A DNA stretch of 63,208 nucleotides from a virus. Every line of letters begins with the position of its first letter. The first letter of the stretch is position 1. The DNA is taken from the IMG/VR virus record IMGVR_UViG_3300016457_001358, positions 1 to 63,208 of that record, one strand, 5' to 3'. The translations under genes were made by a program, and so were the position numbers. The notes beneath the pieces were generated by a model. The model was given only the letters and a program-made list of their open reading frames with translations, was not told the DNA's origin and made no database searches. Below are positions 47,588 to 56,290 of this stretch, piece by piece.

Positions 47588-47606
47588 ATGATGAGGTGAA
47601 TATAAG

Positions 47607-47753
47607 ATGAACTGGGACAAAGTGAGCGATTGGGATATGGAAAACGGCGAAGTCAGGTTTTTTGACGACGAAGGCAAATTGATAAATACCGCTTGGCTTG
47701 ACGACATAATAGACAGTTACATAGAACATATGAAAGAATTGGATAGGCGATGA
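47607..47753 (+). CDS. hypothetical small protein
   Basis: 48 aa hand-delimited ORF. Confidence 0.25.
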   Translation: MNWDKVSDWDMENGEVRFFDDEGKLINTAWLDDIIDSYIEHMKELDRR

Positions 47754-47755
47754 AA

Positions 47756-47881
47756 ATGTCATACTTTAGTTGCGATTGCGGTTGCGATGACTGGAAGTTA
47801 AAAGAGGACGGTAACAAACTGATTGTGGTGTGTAAGAATTGTGGAGAAGTATTTGACGAAAATTTGTTTGTTTATAAGTGA
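47756..47881 (+). CDS. zinc-ribbon protein
   Basis: CDCGC...CKNCG. Confidence 0.3.
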   Translation: MSYFSCDCGCDDWKLKEDGNKLIVVCKNCGEVFDENLFVYK

Positions 47882-47960
47882 TGTATATACAATAAAAACG
47901 AAACTAATCTAAAGAAGAATCACGGCTTTGTCGGTTGCGATGTGCCGACAGGTGGTAAAA

Positions 47961-48182
47961 ATGGTGGAAAATTTAGATGTATTGTTGGGCATGTTGGAAA
48001 AACTGAAATACAATATTGAGGAAGCAATTGACGAGGTAATAAATGAAGAATTGGATAAAATAACAAATTATGACATACAAGTACAGCTGAATTCTGTAAG
48101 ACACAAACTCGTAAGCAAACTGAAAGACATTGAAACTATGAAAGAAATAGAGGAATTTTTAATGGAGAGACCTGTTTTGTGA
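47961..48182 (+). CDS. hypothetical protein
   Basis: ATG preceded by aggtggtaaaa in frame 47928..48182. Confidence 0.35.
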   Translation: MVENLDVLLGMLEKLKYNIEEAIDEVINEELDKITNYDIQVQLNSVRHKLVSKLKDIETMKEIEEFLMERPVL

Positions 48183-48237
48183 ATGTTTTTTTGTTGTTTT
48201 ATTAAATTGATTCAGATGAAATTGGGGTGGTTAGGAG

Positions 48238-48474
48238 ATGGCAACCCATGTAGAGATAATTATTAAACTTAAAAGGAAAAAACTCAGATTTACAGTCAAT
48301 GCATTAAATATCACCAAATTTTTTAATAATAAAAAACGCAATATTAACGATACTCTTCTTGAGATAGAGAAAGCGTTTGTAGATGCTTATGAGAGAGGAA
48401 CTGCGATATGGATTATAGCGGATGATATGAAATTGGTAGGACCTTGTAGAAAAAAGAAGAAAAATTTATTATGA
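48238..48474 (+). CDS. hypothetical protein
   Basis: 78 aa ORF. Confidence 0.35.
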   Translation: MATHVEIIIKLKRKKLRFTVNALNITKFFNNKKRNINDTLLEIEKAFVDAYERGTAIWIIADDMKLVGPCRKKKKNLL

Positions 48475-48491
48475 CAGGCAGTAGAAGGTGA

Positions 48492-48806
48492 TTGAAAATG
48501 ACAACCCATGTTGGTGTAGTAGTTAGGACTTCAGATGATAAGGTGTTAAAGAAAACATTTTACGTAGATGACTTCAGTGAAATATTCGCTAAATTCAAGG
48601 ATGAAAGGGACTTTTTAAGAAGATTTAGAACAACAAGGGAAGGAAGACCATGGGATTGGATAGATGGATACACCGTTATAGATTTCAAAGGAAAATTGAT
48701 GACTACATTCAAAAATGCTTTATGGTGGGATTGGCAGGAAGTAATCGACAAAATGACTGTGATGAAAGAAAGGGGTTGGAAAATAATTTTACAATATTCA
48801 CCATAG
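48492..48806 (+). CDS. hypothetical protein
   Basis: 104 aa ORF. Confidence 0.4.
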   Translation: MKMTTHVGVVVRTSDDKVLKKTFYVDDFSEIFAKFKDERDFLRRFRTTREGRPWDWIDGYTVIDFKGKLMTTFKNALWWDWQEVIDKMTVMKERGWKIILQYSP

Positions 48807-48877
48807 TAAGATTTTGTCTCTACAGCAAAAATTAAATTGATGATTTGTATTCAAGGTGATGAAATATAAGGAAAGTA

Positions 48878-49108
48878 TTGAAACCAGTTAGATTCTCTTC
48901 GACTGGAGAGTTTGTATTTAAGGATTTGGATGATAAAAGGTATTATGCGGTGATATGTGCCAACCAAAAAACCAAAAAGAGTTTTATTTGGAATAGTTGG
49001 AGAGTTTACATTCCAGTAAAAATATTAAAAAGAGGAAAAGAGGGGGCGAAGATAATTTTACCATATGAAAAATTTTCAATAAACTTTTCTGTTTTTAAGA
49101 GGATTTAA
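48878..49108 (+). CDS. hypothetical protein
   Basis: 76 aa ORF. Confidence 0.3.
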   Translation: MKPVRFSSTGEFVFKDLDDKRYYAVICANQKTKKSFIWNSWRVYIPVKILKRGKEGAKIILPYEKFSINFSVFKRI

Positions 49109-49117
49109 GGTGACTGT

Positions 49118-49435
49118 ATGACATCTGAAATGCCAAAAAGGAAAACGAAAACAAAAGCGCCGAAAATAAAAGAAAAATATCTCAACACATACGAGGATAT
49201 ACCTTTGGTAGAAGATGGCGGTCTGGAGGCGTATTGGTGCGGGTCGTATAAAGAAATTAGAGTTATCCGCAGAGTTTCAGTTGGGATCGATTCTGTAGTG
49301 GCTACTTATGATCCCAATATAAATAACAAATTTTTTTCGAGAGTATCAATACACGCCAATACACTGTCAGACGCCGAAAGAATTGTAAAATTACTGAAGC
49401 GGGCGTGTAACAAGGTATTGGAAAAGTATTCATAA
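49118..49435 (+). CDS. hypothetical protein
   Basis: 105 aa ORF. Confidence 0.4.
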   Translation: MTSEMPKRKTKTKAPKIKEKYLNTYEDIPLVEDGGLEAYWCGSYKEIRVIRRVSVGIDSVVATYDPNINNKFFSRVSIHANTLSDAERIVKLLKRACNKVLEKYS

Positions 49436-49450
49436 AAACAAGAATGCGAA

Positions 49451-49846
49451 GTGAACCGGGTGAGAGGTATGAAGAAAAGATGGGATAAAGGAAATAAGAT
49501 TTATTGGGTAGTTGTCGACGAGGACGGAGTGGTGGCAGGAATTTTTACAAAGGCGCTAGGAGACGGATACGGAAACGGCTATGGAACGCAGCACATAGTA
49601 GATTTGAGCATAAACAGCAAAAAATATGCAAGCGTTAAAGTAAACTGTTACAACTCCTCATGGGCGTGCAGAGGACATGGAATGAACGATGAGTGGATAG
49701 AAGCAGAAGACAATATTGGAAAAGAAGAAGCGATTGAATTCGTGAATGAAATTAAAAGAGAACTTGAAGATGCAGAAGACGAAACAAAAGATGTAGAGGA
49801 GTTATATGAAAAAATCAAAGAGTTTGTAGAAGAGAATTTGAGGTGA
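49451..49846 (+). CDS. hypothetical protein
   Basis: 131 aa ORF. Confidence 0.4.
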   Translation: MNRVRGMKKRWDKGNKIYWVVVDEDGVVAGIFTKALGDGYGNGYGTQHIVDLSINSKKYASVKVNCYNSSWACRGHGMNDEWIEAEDNIGKEEAIEFVNEIKRELEDAEDETKDVEELYEKIKEFVEENLR

Positions 49847-50253
49847 GAGCGATGGAAGTCGATTTCAGCTTGAATTTTCCTGAAATAAGAACAGGCTGGT
49901 ATACCGCTGAGTTCAGCAACCCTTCAGAAGTCAAGTATAGCATCGGTGAAATCGAAAGAATCCAGCAGTTGTTTACCGATGCTGAATTTCTCAAGAACGC
50001 CATTCAGTATTCACTTGCCCCGAGATATGACAGGAACAAAATCAAAAATATTATCAATACGTTCCTTATTATCAGTAACCTGACAAAGACGCCTATTAAA
50101 TCGGCGTGTCTCAAGTTGCTGCTCCAGTGGTATTTCGGATATGTTAGTAATCGCTATAGGTCAAGAATTAACATTGATGAAGTGCTGGTCTTCGACCTGA
50201 CAGGCGAAGACGCAAAGGTCTACACAAAACTTTCATCAATGGCTGATCAGTAA
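49843..50253 (+). CDS. hypothetical protein
   Basis: 136 aa ORF, start overlaps previous stop. Confidence 0.4.
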   Translation: MRAMEVDFSLNFPEIRTGWYTAEFSNPSEVKYSIGEIERIQQLFTDAEFLKNAIQYSLAPRYDRNKIKNIINTFLIISNLTKTPIKSACLKLLLQWYFGYVSNRYRSRINIDEVLVFDLTGEDAKVYTKLSSMADQ

Positions 50254-50288
50254 CTTCGAGAGCCTTTCGATGACGAGCGTCAAATCAG

Positions 50289-50591
50289 GTGAGGAAGATG
50301 GGAAAAAATCTTGAAAGATTTATAGAAATGTTGCTCAATACGCAACGCAATTGGAGAGAAACGGCTTTAACTGACAGTATTGGAAACCAAACCATAGATA
50401 CATGCTACGCCCCCGACACTCAAAAATGGGAGACGGGAATTGAAAGAGATGGTAAATGGATTATCGTTGAGCAATATGGAGATGAAGAAGAAGCCAGAAA
50501 GGGACATAATAAATGGGTCAAAAAGATCAAGCATAGCCCCAAAATGCCGCTCAAAGAATGCCAAACGGCCGAAGAGTGGTTTTTTGGTTAG
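50289..50591 (+). CDS. hypothetical protein
   Basis: 100 aa ORF. Confidence 0.4.
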   Translation: MRKMGKNLERFIEMLLNTQRNWRETALTDSIGNQTIDTCYAPDTQKWETGIERDGKWIIVEQYGDEEEARKGHNKWVKKIKHSPKMPLKECQTAEEWFFG

Positions 50592-50834
50592 ATGGGTGTT
50601 TTTATGAGTTACAGCGTATGGATAGTTATTAAAAAATGCAAAAATAATGAATATAAGAACATTTTGGCGGAGAAAATAGCGGAATTTGAGAGCGAAAGGA
50701 TGGCGTTGAATTACGCAAAAAAGGCAATCAATTCAAAGAACCAGACGGAGGACAAATGGCTTAGCGTGGAGCAAGTCACGGAATTGCTGGAAAACACATT
50801 GCTCGAACGCGCATTTGATCTGAAAGCGAATTAA
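50592..50834 (+). CDS. hypothetical protein
   Basis: 80 aa ORF. Confidence 0.35.
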   Translation: MGVFMSYSVWIVIKKCKNNEYKNILAEKIAEFESERMALNYAKKAINSKNQTEDKWLSVEQVTELLENTLLERAFDLKAN

Positions 50835-50845
50835 AGGTCGATGCT

Positions 50846-51046
50846 ATGGGTCAAGCAGACGTTTTGAAGATAGTGAAAAAGCATCCGGACAAGTGGTTTA
50901 GCGTGAGCGCGTTGGCAAACGCGCTCGGCGTTTCGCCGGCCAGGATCAAGATATGGGTCACCAAACTTTACAGGCATTGGGACCTGATCGAGGTCAGGCG
51001 GGACAGAGCGGTTCCAGAAACATTCGTAAAATACAAGCAAAAATGA
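50846..51046 (+). CDS. winged-helix DNA-binding protein
   Basis: MGQADVLKIVKKHPDKWFSVSALANALGVSPARIK; paralogue of 5465..5683. Confidence 0.45.
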   Translation: MGQADVLKIVKKHPDKWFSVSALANALGVSPARIKIWVTKLYRHWDLIEVRRDRAVPETFVKYKQK

Positions 51047-51052
51047 TGCGGT

Positions 51053-51241
51053 ATGGTTGGAGAATTTTTGAAAGTCAGGTGCAAAGCGTGCAAAAACGAG
51101 CAAATAATCTTTGGGAGAGCCACTTCGGTGGTCAGATGCCTCGTTTGCGGAAACATTCTGGCGGTCCCGACGGGAGGAAAATGCAAAATTATTTCCGCCA
51201 GGCTGAAAAAGGTTATTCCGAACGATGATGATGCTTCTTGA
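51053..51241 (+). CDS. ribosomal protein S27e (eS27) homologue
   Basis: [42 protein letters not shown] matches the eS27 C4 zinc-finger signature. Confidence 0.7.
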   Translation: MVGEFLKVRCKACKNEQIIFGRATSVVRCLVCGNILAVPTGGKCKIISARLKKVIPNDDDAS

Positions 51242-51265
51242 TTGTAAATCAGATACATTTATCTA

Positions 51266-51345
51266 ACAGAATATATATGTTTCATCAAACAATTGGTGTA
51301 TACCATTCTTCTATATATAATGTAGAGAATTTGGCGATATGCTAT
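51266..51345. promoter_or_regulatory. conserved promoter/operator region, copy 2 (upstream of wHTH and P-loop genes)
   Basis: cagaatatatatgtttcatcaaacaattggtgtataccattcttctatatataatgtagagaatttggcgat. Confidence 0.5.
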
Positions 51346-51631
51346 GGAAACAGTAAAAGACTACATAAGCAGAGTGGCGCTGTTCAAAATAGCGGTTTAC
51401 CTTCATCGCAATCAAGGACGGCGCTTGAATATCACGACCATATCCAAGAGGTGCGATATAACATTCGCACACACGGTGAAAATGATAAGATTGATGCACG
51501 CGAACGGATTCGTAGTTATGGCAAGGCGTGGAAGGGAAGTGGCGGTGTTTCTGACCGACGATGGAAAGGAATTCGTGGAGTGCGTCGCAAATATGTTCAG
51601 GATTCTCAACATAGACTCGGAATCGGCGTGA
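51344..51631 (+). CDS. winged-helix transcription regulator
   Basis: 95 aa, wHTH-like core ISKRCDITFAHTVKMIRLMHANGFVVMARRGREV. Confidence 0.5.
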   Translation: METVKDYISRVALFKIAVYLHRNQGRRLNITTISKRCDITFAHTVKMIRLMHANGFVVMARRGREVAVFLTDDGKEFVECVANMFRILNIDSESA

Positions 51632-51640
51632 GACACTCTT

Positions 51641-52543
51641 TTGAGTGTGATTTCTATGGCGATAGCGGGCAGACGATATTACCAGCAACTGATCAGAGGC
51701 GTTGAATACCTAATCAGGGGAGATTTCAACAGCCTCTGGGTCCTGGGTCCGGGCGGAATCGGAAAATCTATGGTGATCGACAGCGTTTTGGACGAAAACA
51801 AATTGAAAGAGGGCAGAGACTACACCATATTCAGGGGAAACATATCCGATGCTTATTTGTATGAGTTCATCTATAACAACAGGGACAGGATTATAATTTT
51901 CAGGGATGTTGCCAAACTGATACGCAGGTTGAACACGATCGACACGTTCAAAAGTTTGACCGAGGAAAGGGGCAGAAGGATCATCAGCAACAAAACTTAC
52001 GCCGAGCACGATGTCCCGGACACATTCGAATTCACCGGAAGGATCATTTTTGAAATCAACGACATCATGAAGAAATACGAAGCGGATCTGAAGGCGCTGT
52101 TCAGCAGGGGATTGTTCGTTGAAATAATACTCTCCTACGATGACATCAAAAACATTATGTACGAAAGATGCGACACCGAAGTCAAAAAGCAGATAACAAA
52201 AATGCTGATAAGCAACTTCAACTACCTTGGAAGGAGCGGGTTCAATCTGCGAACCCAAAATATATGTTTCAAAATATACGAGGCGTGCATCCGGGACAAA
52301 AAAGACTGGAAGCGGGAGATCGACATGTTTCTCAAAAGTCAGATGAGCGAGCCCAGAAAACTGCTGTACGAATGCGCCGGGTTCAAGCCGGTCAAGCGGA
52401 TGGATTTCGTCAAATTCTTGATGAGCCGGAAGGGATACTCTTATTCAAGTTGCCAGAGAAGAATCAAGGACTATCTCATAATGGGAGAGATATTCAGCAA
52501 CGGTTTGAAAAAGCAGTCCCTCTTGAAATTGACCCCGTTTTGA
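51641..52543 (+). CDS. P-loop NTPase
   Basis: Walker A GPGGIGKS; Walker B-like RIIIFRDV. Confidence 0.55.
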   Translation: MSVISMAIAGRRYYQQLIRGVEYLIRGDFNSLWVLGPGGIGKSMVIDSVLDENKLKEGRDYTIFRGNISDAYLYEFIYNNRDRIIIFRDVAKLIRRLNTIDTFKSLTEERGRRIISNKTYAEHDVPDTFEFTGRIIFEINDIMKKYEADLKALFSRGLFVEIILSYDDIKNIMYERCDTEVKKQITKMLISNFNYLGRSGFNLRTQNICFKIYEACIRDKKDWKREIDMFLKSQMSEPRKLLYECAGFKPVKRMDFVKFLMSRKGYSYSSCQRRIKDYLIMGEIFSNGLKKQSLLKLTPF

Positions 52544-52614
52544 GCAATCGAATCTCTGAATTCGAGCATGGAAAAATGGGTCAAATGTATCAAATATTCG
52601 CATACAATATCTCG

Positions 52615-53301
52615 ATGATTGCTATGGAATACGAGATTGGAATAGACGAAACGGCAAGGTGCCCGTGCTTGGGTCCGCTGTATATACTGGGGTTGATGGC
52701 CCCGAAAACCAAATTGAAAGAGATGCAAAAGCATCTGGTGATAAAGGATTCCAAAATCACCACCTCGGCACAAAGAGAAAGGGCGTTCAACTGCGTCATA
52801 GATGATTCGGATTTCACGGTCAAATTGATTGAAATATGGCCGCCGGTGATAGACATGGCAGTAACTCGCCAGATGAAATGGAATTTGAACGACTTGGAAG
52901 CCATATTTTTTGCCAAAATAATATTATCTATGTTATCTATGTTGGATAAAAAAAGCGCGGCGGTTTATGTCAATAACTTTGAGAGAAAAAGATCGCAGTT
53001 AATTGAAAGATGGAAGCGAATAGGTTGCTGGGAATCGCTCAAAGATGCGGAGATCCACATCACGCACAGATACAACGCCGTTGTCGGACTCGCGTCGATG
53101 CTGTGCAAGTACATCGAGGACGCGGAAACATGGTTGTGGAAAAATGTTGTTTACGGGTTTGACTTTGGTTCAAAGAATCCAAACGATGCCAAAACCCAAG
53201 AATTCGTGAGAAAGCGCCCCGACAGCCAACTTATCCGCAGAAATTGGGGCACCGTCGTGCCTCGGATTTTGTTTGCCGGAAGATTCGGCGCAAAGTATTA
53301 A
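52615..53301 (+). CDS. rnhB: ribonuclease HII
   Basis: GIDETARCPCLGPL; KDSKITTSAQRERAF; ASMLCKYIED; start at ATG inside frame 52168..53301. Confidence 0.75.
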   Translation: MIAMEYEIGIDETARCPCLGPLYILGLMAPKTKLKEMQKHLVIKDSKITTSAQRERAFNCVIDDSDFTVKLIEIWPPVIDMAVTRQMKWNLNDLEAIFFAKIILSMLSMLDKKSAAVYVNNFERKRSQLIERWKRIGCWESLKDAEIHITHRYNAVVGLASMLCKYIEDAETWLWKNVVYGFDFGSKNPNDAKTQEFVRKRPDSQLIRRNWGTVVPRILFAGRFGAKY

Positions 53302-53325
53302 TATTTTTCTACTATAAATAAATAT

Positions 53326-53511
53326 ATGAACGACATAACAACCATAGTCATTGAGAGAGAAACGAGAGATAAATTAAAAAAGATCGGCAAAAAGGGAGAA
53401 ACCTACAACGATATAATAAAAAGGCTGATCGAAAACAATGAGACCAAACAATACTACAGAAACGGATTTTGGATTGAAACAGATGCTGCACCTCCATTGA
53501 TGCGTGATTGA
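53326..53511 (+). CDS. ribbon-helix-helix-like small protein
   Basis: ITTIVIERETRDKLKKIGKKGETYNDIIKRLIE. Confidence 0.35.
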   Translation: MNDITTIVIERETRDKLKKIGKKGETYNDIIKRLIENNETKQYYRNGFWIETDAAPPLMRD

Positions 53512-53929
53512 AATGAGCGAAGTTAAAACCATACAAGGAAAGGTTATCGCAAGCACCTTTAAAGGCGAAAACAAGTGGGTAATAAAGATAGGCGACATTT
53601 TTATATGGGGATTCGGAAAGAAGCCGGAAGTGGGGCAGAAAATAGAAATGAAATACATCGAGAAACCGAAGAACGGAATGGTATGGAACAATGCCAAGGA
53701 ATGGAAAGTGGTAAATGAGCAAGAAAAGAGCGTGGAACCGCGACTGAAGCAGGCGTCGGATATAAAGGAAATCGAGATACTCGAGCATCAAAAATTGCTG
53801 GAGATACGAAGAATGAGCAGTATAAAGTCGGCAATCGCTTTTTTGGAAGTGAAAGGCAGCGACATAACAGTTGATACGATGATAAGTATAGCGAAACGCA
53901 TAGAGCAGTATTTATCGACCGGCGATTGA
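53504..53929 (+). CDS. hypothetical protein
   Basis: 141 aa ORF. Confidence 0.4.
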   Translation: MIEMSEVKTIQGKVIASTFKGENKWVIKIGDIFIWGFGKKPEVGQKIEMKYIEKPKNGMVWNNAKEWKVVNEQEKSVEPRLKQASDIKEIEILEHQKLLEIRRMSSIKSAIAFLEVKGSDITVDTMISIAKRIEQYLSTGD

Positions 53930-53941
53930 TACATGCTGGTA

Positions 53942-54180
53942 TGAGAAACCGAGTCAAATATCCATCTACAAGCGGGAAAGTCCTAGCCTCTCACCTACAT
54001 CACCTTTTCTTGCTTGGCTCGGCTCAAAATGCCCTAAACAGTTCGCCATAGAGTATGCGGGTTCGATTCCCGCTGCAAAGGAATGGTGACCACTATGGCG
54101 AATCGCGGCGATCTCCTGCTTCCTGCCGGACGCGCCAGAGAAGCTCGCCGCGAGGCTGGGGGAGAGAAGTAAAGCCGGTG
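53942..54180. ncRNA. candidate structured non-coding element (X+Y fused copy) with tRNA T-arm-like hairpin
   Basis: GC-rich island; gcggg-ttcgatt-cccgc hairpin; 8-bp stem cgcggcga/tcgccgcg; homologous to 7966..8105 and 8235..8388. Confidence 0.3.
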
Positions 54181-54185
54181 GTTAT

Positions 54186-54464
54186 GTGGCAAAAAGAAAA
54201 AAATTAGAAAAAAAATACAAGGAGCGCGAAGTTCTTGAACGCGAATTAAAGCGATTGGTTATACCTAACAAAAAATTGAAACAAGAAGCAGAAAGCGTAG
54301 GATTGGAATGGAGAAGCGGACAATATGAAGGTGTCGTGGGTACGTTTACAGACAAAGAGTTTTTCATGAAGAAATTTGGAGAACAAGCCATGCTTGCTAC
54401 AGTTTTGAAACTAATCGAGGAATGGAAAAACAAAATAGAAAAAATAGAGAAGCAAACAAAATAA
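54186..54464 (+). CDS. hypothetical protein
   Basis: 92 aa K/E-rich ORF, GTG start. Confidence 0.4.
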   Translation: MAKRKKLEKKYKEREVLERELKRLVIPNKKLKQEAESVGLEWRSGQYEGVVGTFTDKEFFMKKFGEQAMLATVLKLIEEWKNKIEKIEKQTK

Positions 54465-54491
54465 TTAAAAAAAGAAATTATGGACATCAAT

Positions 54492-54563
54492 AGGCGGTTG
54501 GTGAAATCAGGCATCATAATAGGCTCATAACCTATTGTTTCGGTTCAAATCCGAAACCGCCTA
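54492..54563 (+). tRNA. tRNA with anticodon CAU (Met or Ile2)
   Basis: Hand-folded cloverleaf: 7-bp acceptor aggcggt/accgcct, D-loop with GG, anticodon loop cuCAUaa, T-arm ttcgg-ttcaaat-ccgaa; no encoded CCA. Confidence 0.55.
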
Positions 54564-54573
54564 TGGTAATGGA

Positions 54574-54693
54574 ATGGAAGAATACAAAAAGGTTCAATGT
54601 AAAATTTGCGGTGAAATATTACTTAATGAGAGCATATCCGAGCATAGGGTCGCAACAGGACATGAAGAATTTGAAAGCATCTCGGAGAGGTGA
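54574..54693 (+). CDS. C2H2-type zinc-finger mini-protein
   Basis: MEEYKKVQCKICGEILLNESISEHRVATGH (C-x2-C-x12-H-x5-H). Confidence 0.4.
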   Translation: MEEYKKVQCKICGEILLNESISEHRVATGHEEFESISER

Positions 54694-54782
54694 GAACATA
54701 GAAGAAAACAAGAATCTGATAATAAGCAAATACAAATGCGGAAGGCAATGGACATATCGCATAGTTATAGAACCGTTAGATT

Positions 54783-55031
54783 TTGCTATTCTGCTATCAG
54801 ACAATCAACTTCGCAAGATTCGTAAAGAGAAAAGAGGAAGATTACATATTGATTTTGAACCTGCTGTGGAATGAGCCGCACCGCAGAGGCTGCATGGGGA
54901 AGATGATAAAAATGGAAGGCGAAATATTAGACATTAAACAGTTCGGTAAATATCTCATAATCTCTTATAAGGGGGCATGGGGGATTTCATTTCAACAAAT
55001 CAGGCTCGATGACGGAAAGCTCAAAAAATGA
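54783..55031 (+). CDS. hypothetical protein
   Basis: 82 aa ORF. Confidence 0.3.
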   Translation: MLFCYQTINFARFVKRKEEDYILILNLLWNEPHRRGCMGKMIKMEGEILDIKQFGKYLIISYKGAWGISFQQIRLDDGKLKK

Positions 55032-55034
55032 CAT

Positions 55035-55185
55035 GCGTGGGTAGTCTAAGGCAGGACGCCCCAAAGCGATGCCGTGAGGGTGGCAGGGGAGTGCGAGCGT
55101 CGTGTTAGTGGGGCGATGCGGGTGAAAATCCCGCCCCGCGCTTGGTGATGAGAAATGACCGCGCTCAACTGGCCGAGGTGAGGAG
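55035..55185. ncRNA. candidate structured RNA in GC-rich island
   Basis: Much higher GC than flanks; hairpin gcggg-tgaaaat-cccgc; no convincing ORF on either strand. Confidence 0.2.
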
Positions 55186-55187
55186 AA

Positions 55188-55478
55188 GTGAGTAAGAGCA
55201 GGACTATAGTTTTCCAAATGACAGGACTTCAATTAGCCGGCATTTGGCTAAAGGCACGGATAGCTGGCATCCAACTCAATGAAGCTATCGTCTGTGAGTT
55301 TGCTGATTTGATTCGAAAAAGAACAAATGCTGAAAGAATAATTCCAAAAATTTCCGGTGTCTCTCAACTCATAGCAGAAACCATTGTTGGGGCGAACTTA
55401 GACGAATATTTCGTAAGCAATCCAGCCAGATATATGCGGATAGATGTGCGACCTCCTCGTCGGAAAAATGAATGGTGA
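55188..55478 (+). CDS. hypothetical protein
   Basis: 96 aa ORF, GTG start. Confidence 0.35.
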   Translation: MSKSRTIVFQMTGLQLAGIWLKARIAGIQLNEAIVCEFADLIRKRTNAERIIPKISGVSQLIAETIVGANLDEYFVSNPARYMRIDVRPPRRKNEW

Positions 55479-55484
55479 AAGAAA

Positions 55485-55676
55485 ATGAAGAAAATTAAAT
55501 CCGGACTCGAAAAACATTTCAAAATTGAGACTTGGGTCGAGAAAAATCAATATGGCTATCTGATAAAGCAAAAACATGAATCAGAAGATTACCCCAATCT
55601 TTTCGTGGAAGAAACAGTCATTCTAACTCCGAGAGTCATTAAAAAACTAAAAGTGAAAGAAAATGATAGGAGATGA
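55485..55676 (+). CDS. hypothetical protein
   Basis: 63 aa ORF preceded by ggtgaaagaaaatg. Confidence 0.35.
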   Translation: MKKIKSGLEKHFKIETWVEKNQYGYLIKQKHESEDYPNLFVEETVILTPRVIKKLKVKENDRR

Positions 55677-55740
55677 CCCTTTGATAAGAGATTGGATAGA
55701 GAAGATAAACGAAACCACAGGAAATTAAAGGCGATGAAGA

Positions 55741-55956
55741 ATGGAATTCAGCTTAAACCTTGCTTGTATTTTAGAAAAGATGGGAAACGAATTTGATGAG
55801 ACATTAGAAGATTTGGGAGTAGGGTGGAGAAAAGTTGCAGAGATGATAGTTAAAGGAGAGATGGAGTTAAGAATAAAATCTACTCCGATTGGAGATTATC
55901 TTGTGATAGAAGTTCCAGATAAGTTTATTAATGCTCAAAGTGAAAGAAATGAATGA
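55741..55956 (+). CDS. hypothetical protein
   Basis: 71 aa ORF. Confidence 0.3.
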   Translation: MEFSLNLACILEKMGNEFDETLEDLGVGWRKVAEMIVKGEMELRIKSTPIGDYLVIEVPDKFINAQSERNE

Positions 55957-56206
55957 ACCAAAGCCTCTTAGTTTGGATAAAGAGAGTCCATATCCAGAGG
56001 ATATATTTCCAGAAATAACAAAAGAGGAATGGGAGAGAATAGATAAACTGCTGAAAAAGGAGATGGGCTTTTCACTCGACAGAGTTGCTGGAAACATAAA
56101 CAGAAAGATGTGGAATAATATGAAGGAATGGTTTACGGAACGCATCAAATCCGCAGTCCAGGGATTGAAACAGGATATCGAAAAGAGGAAAGGAGATAAC
56201 TGCTGA
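55931..56206 (+). CDS. hypothetical protein
   Basis: 91 aa ORF. Confidence 0.3.
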   Translation: MLKVKEMNEPKPLSLDKESPYPEDIFPEITKEEWERIDKLLKKEMGFSLDRVAGNINRKMWNNMKEWFTERIKSAVQGLKQDIEKRKGDNC

Positions 56207-56290
56207 TGAAGGCAAAAGATACACATACGATTATTGTATTCATTTAATCAAAAAATGGTTTCCTGATGCTCTTGGAGACGGTGAAAAGCC

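Noticed and set aside
52168-52614. 149 aa N-terminal extension of the RNase HII ORF
   Set aside because: The extension overlaps the 3' end of the P-loop gene in another frame and has Gln/Arg/Lys-rich composition; RNase HII homology begins at MIAMEYEIGIDE.
54050-54085. Canonical tRNA gene around the ttcgatt T-arm hairpin
   Set aside because: No acceptor stem complementary to the 7 nt after the T-stem and no anticodon arm could be built upstream; kept only as a tRNA-like element.
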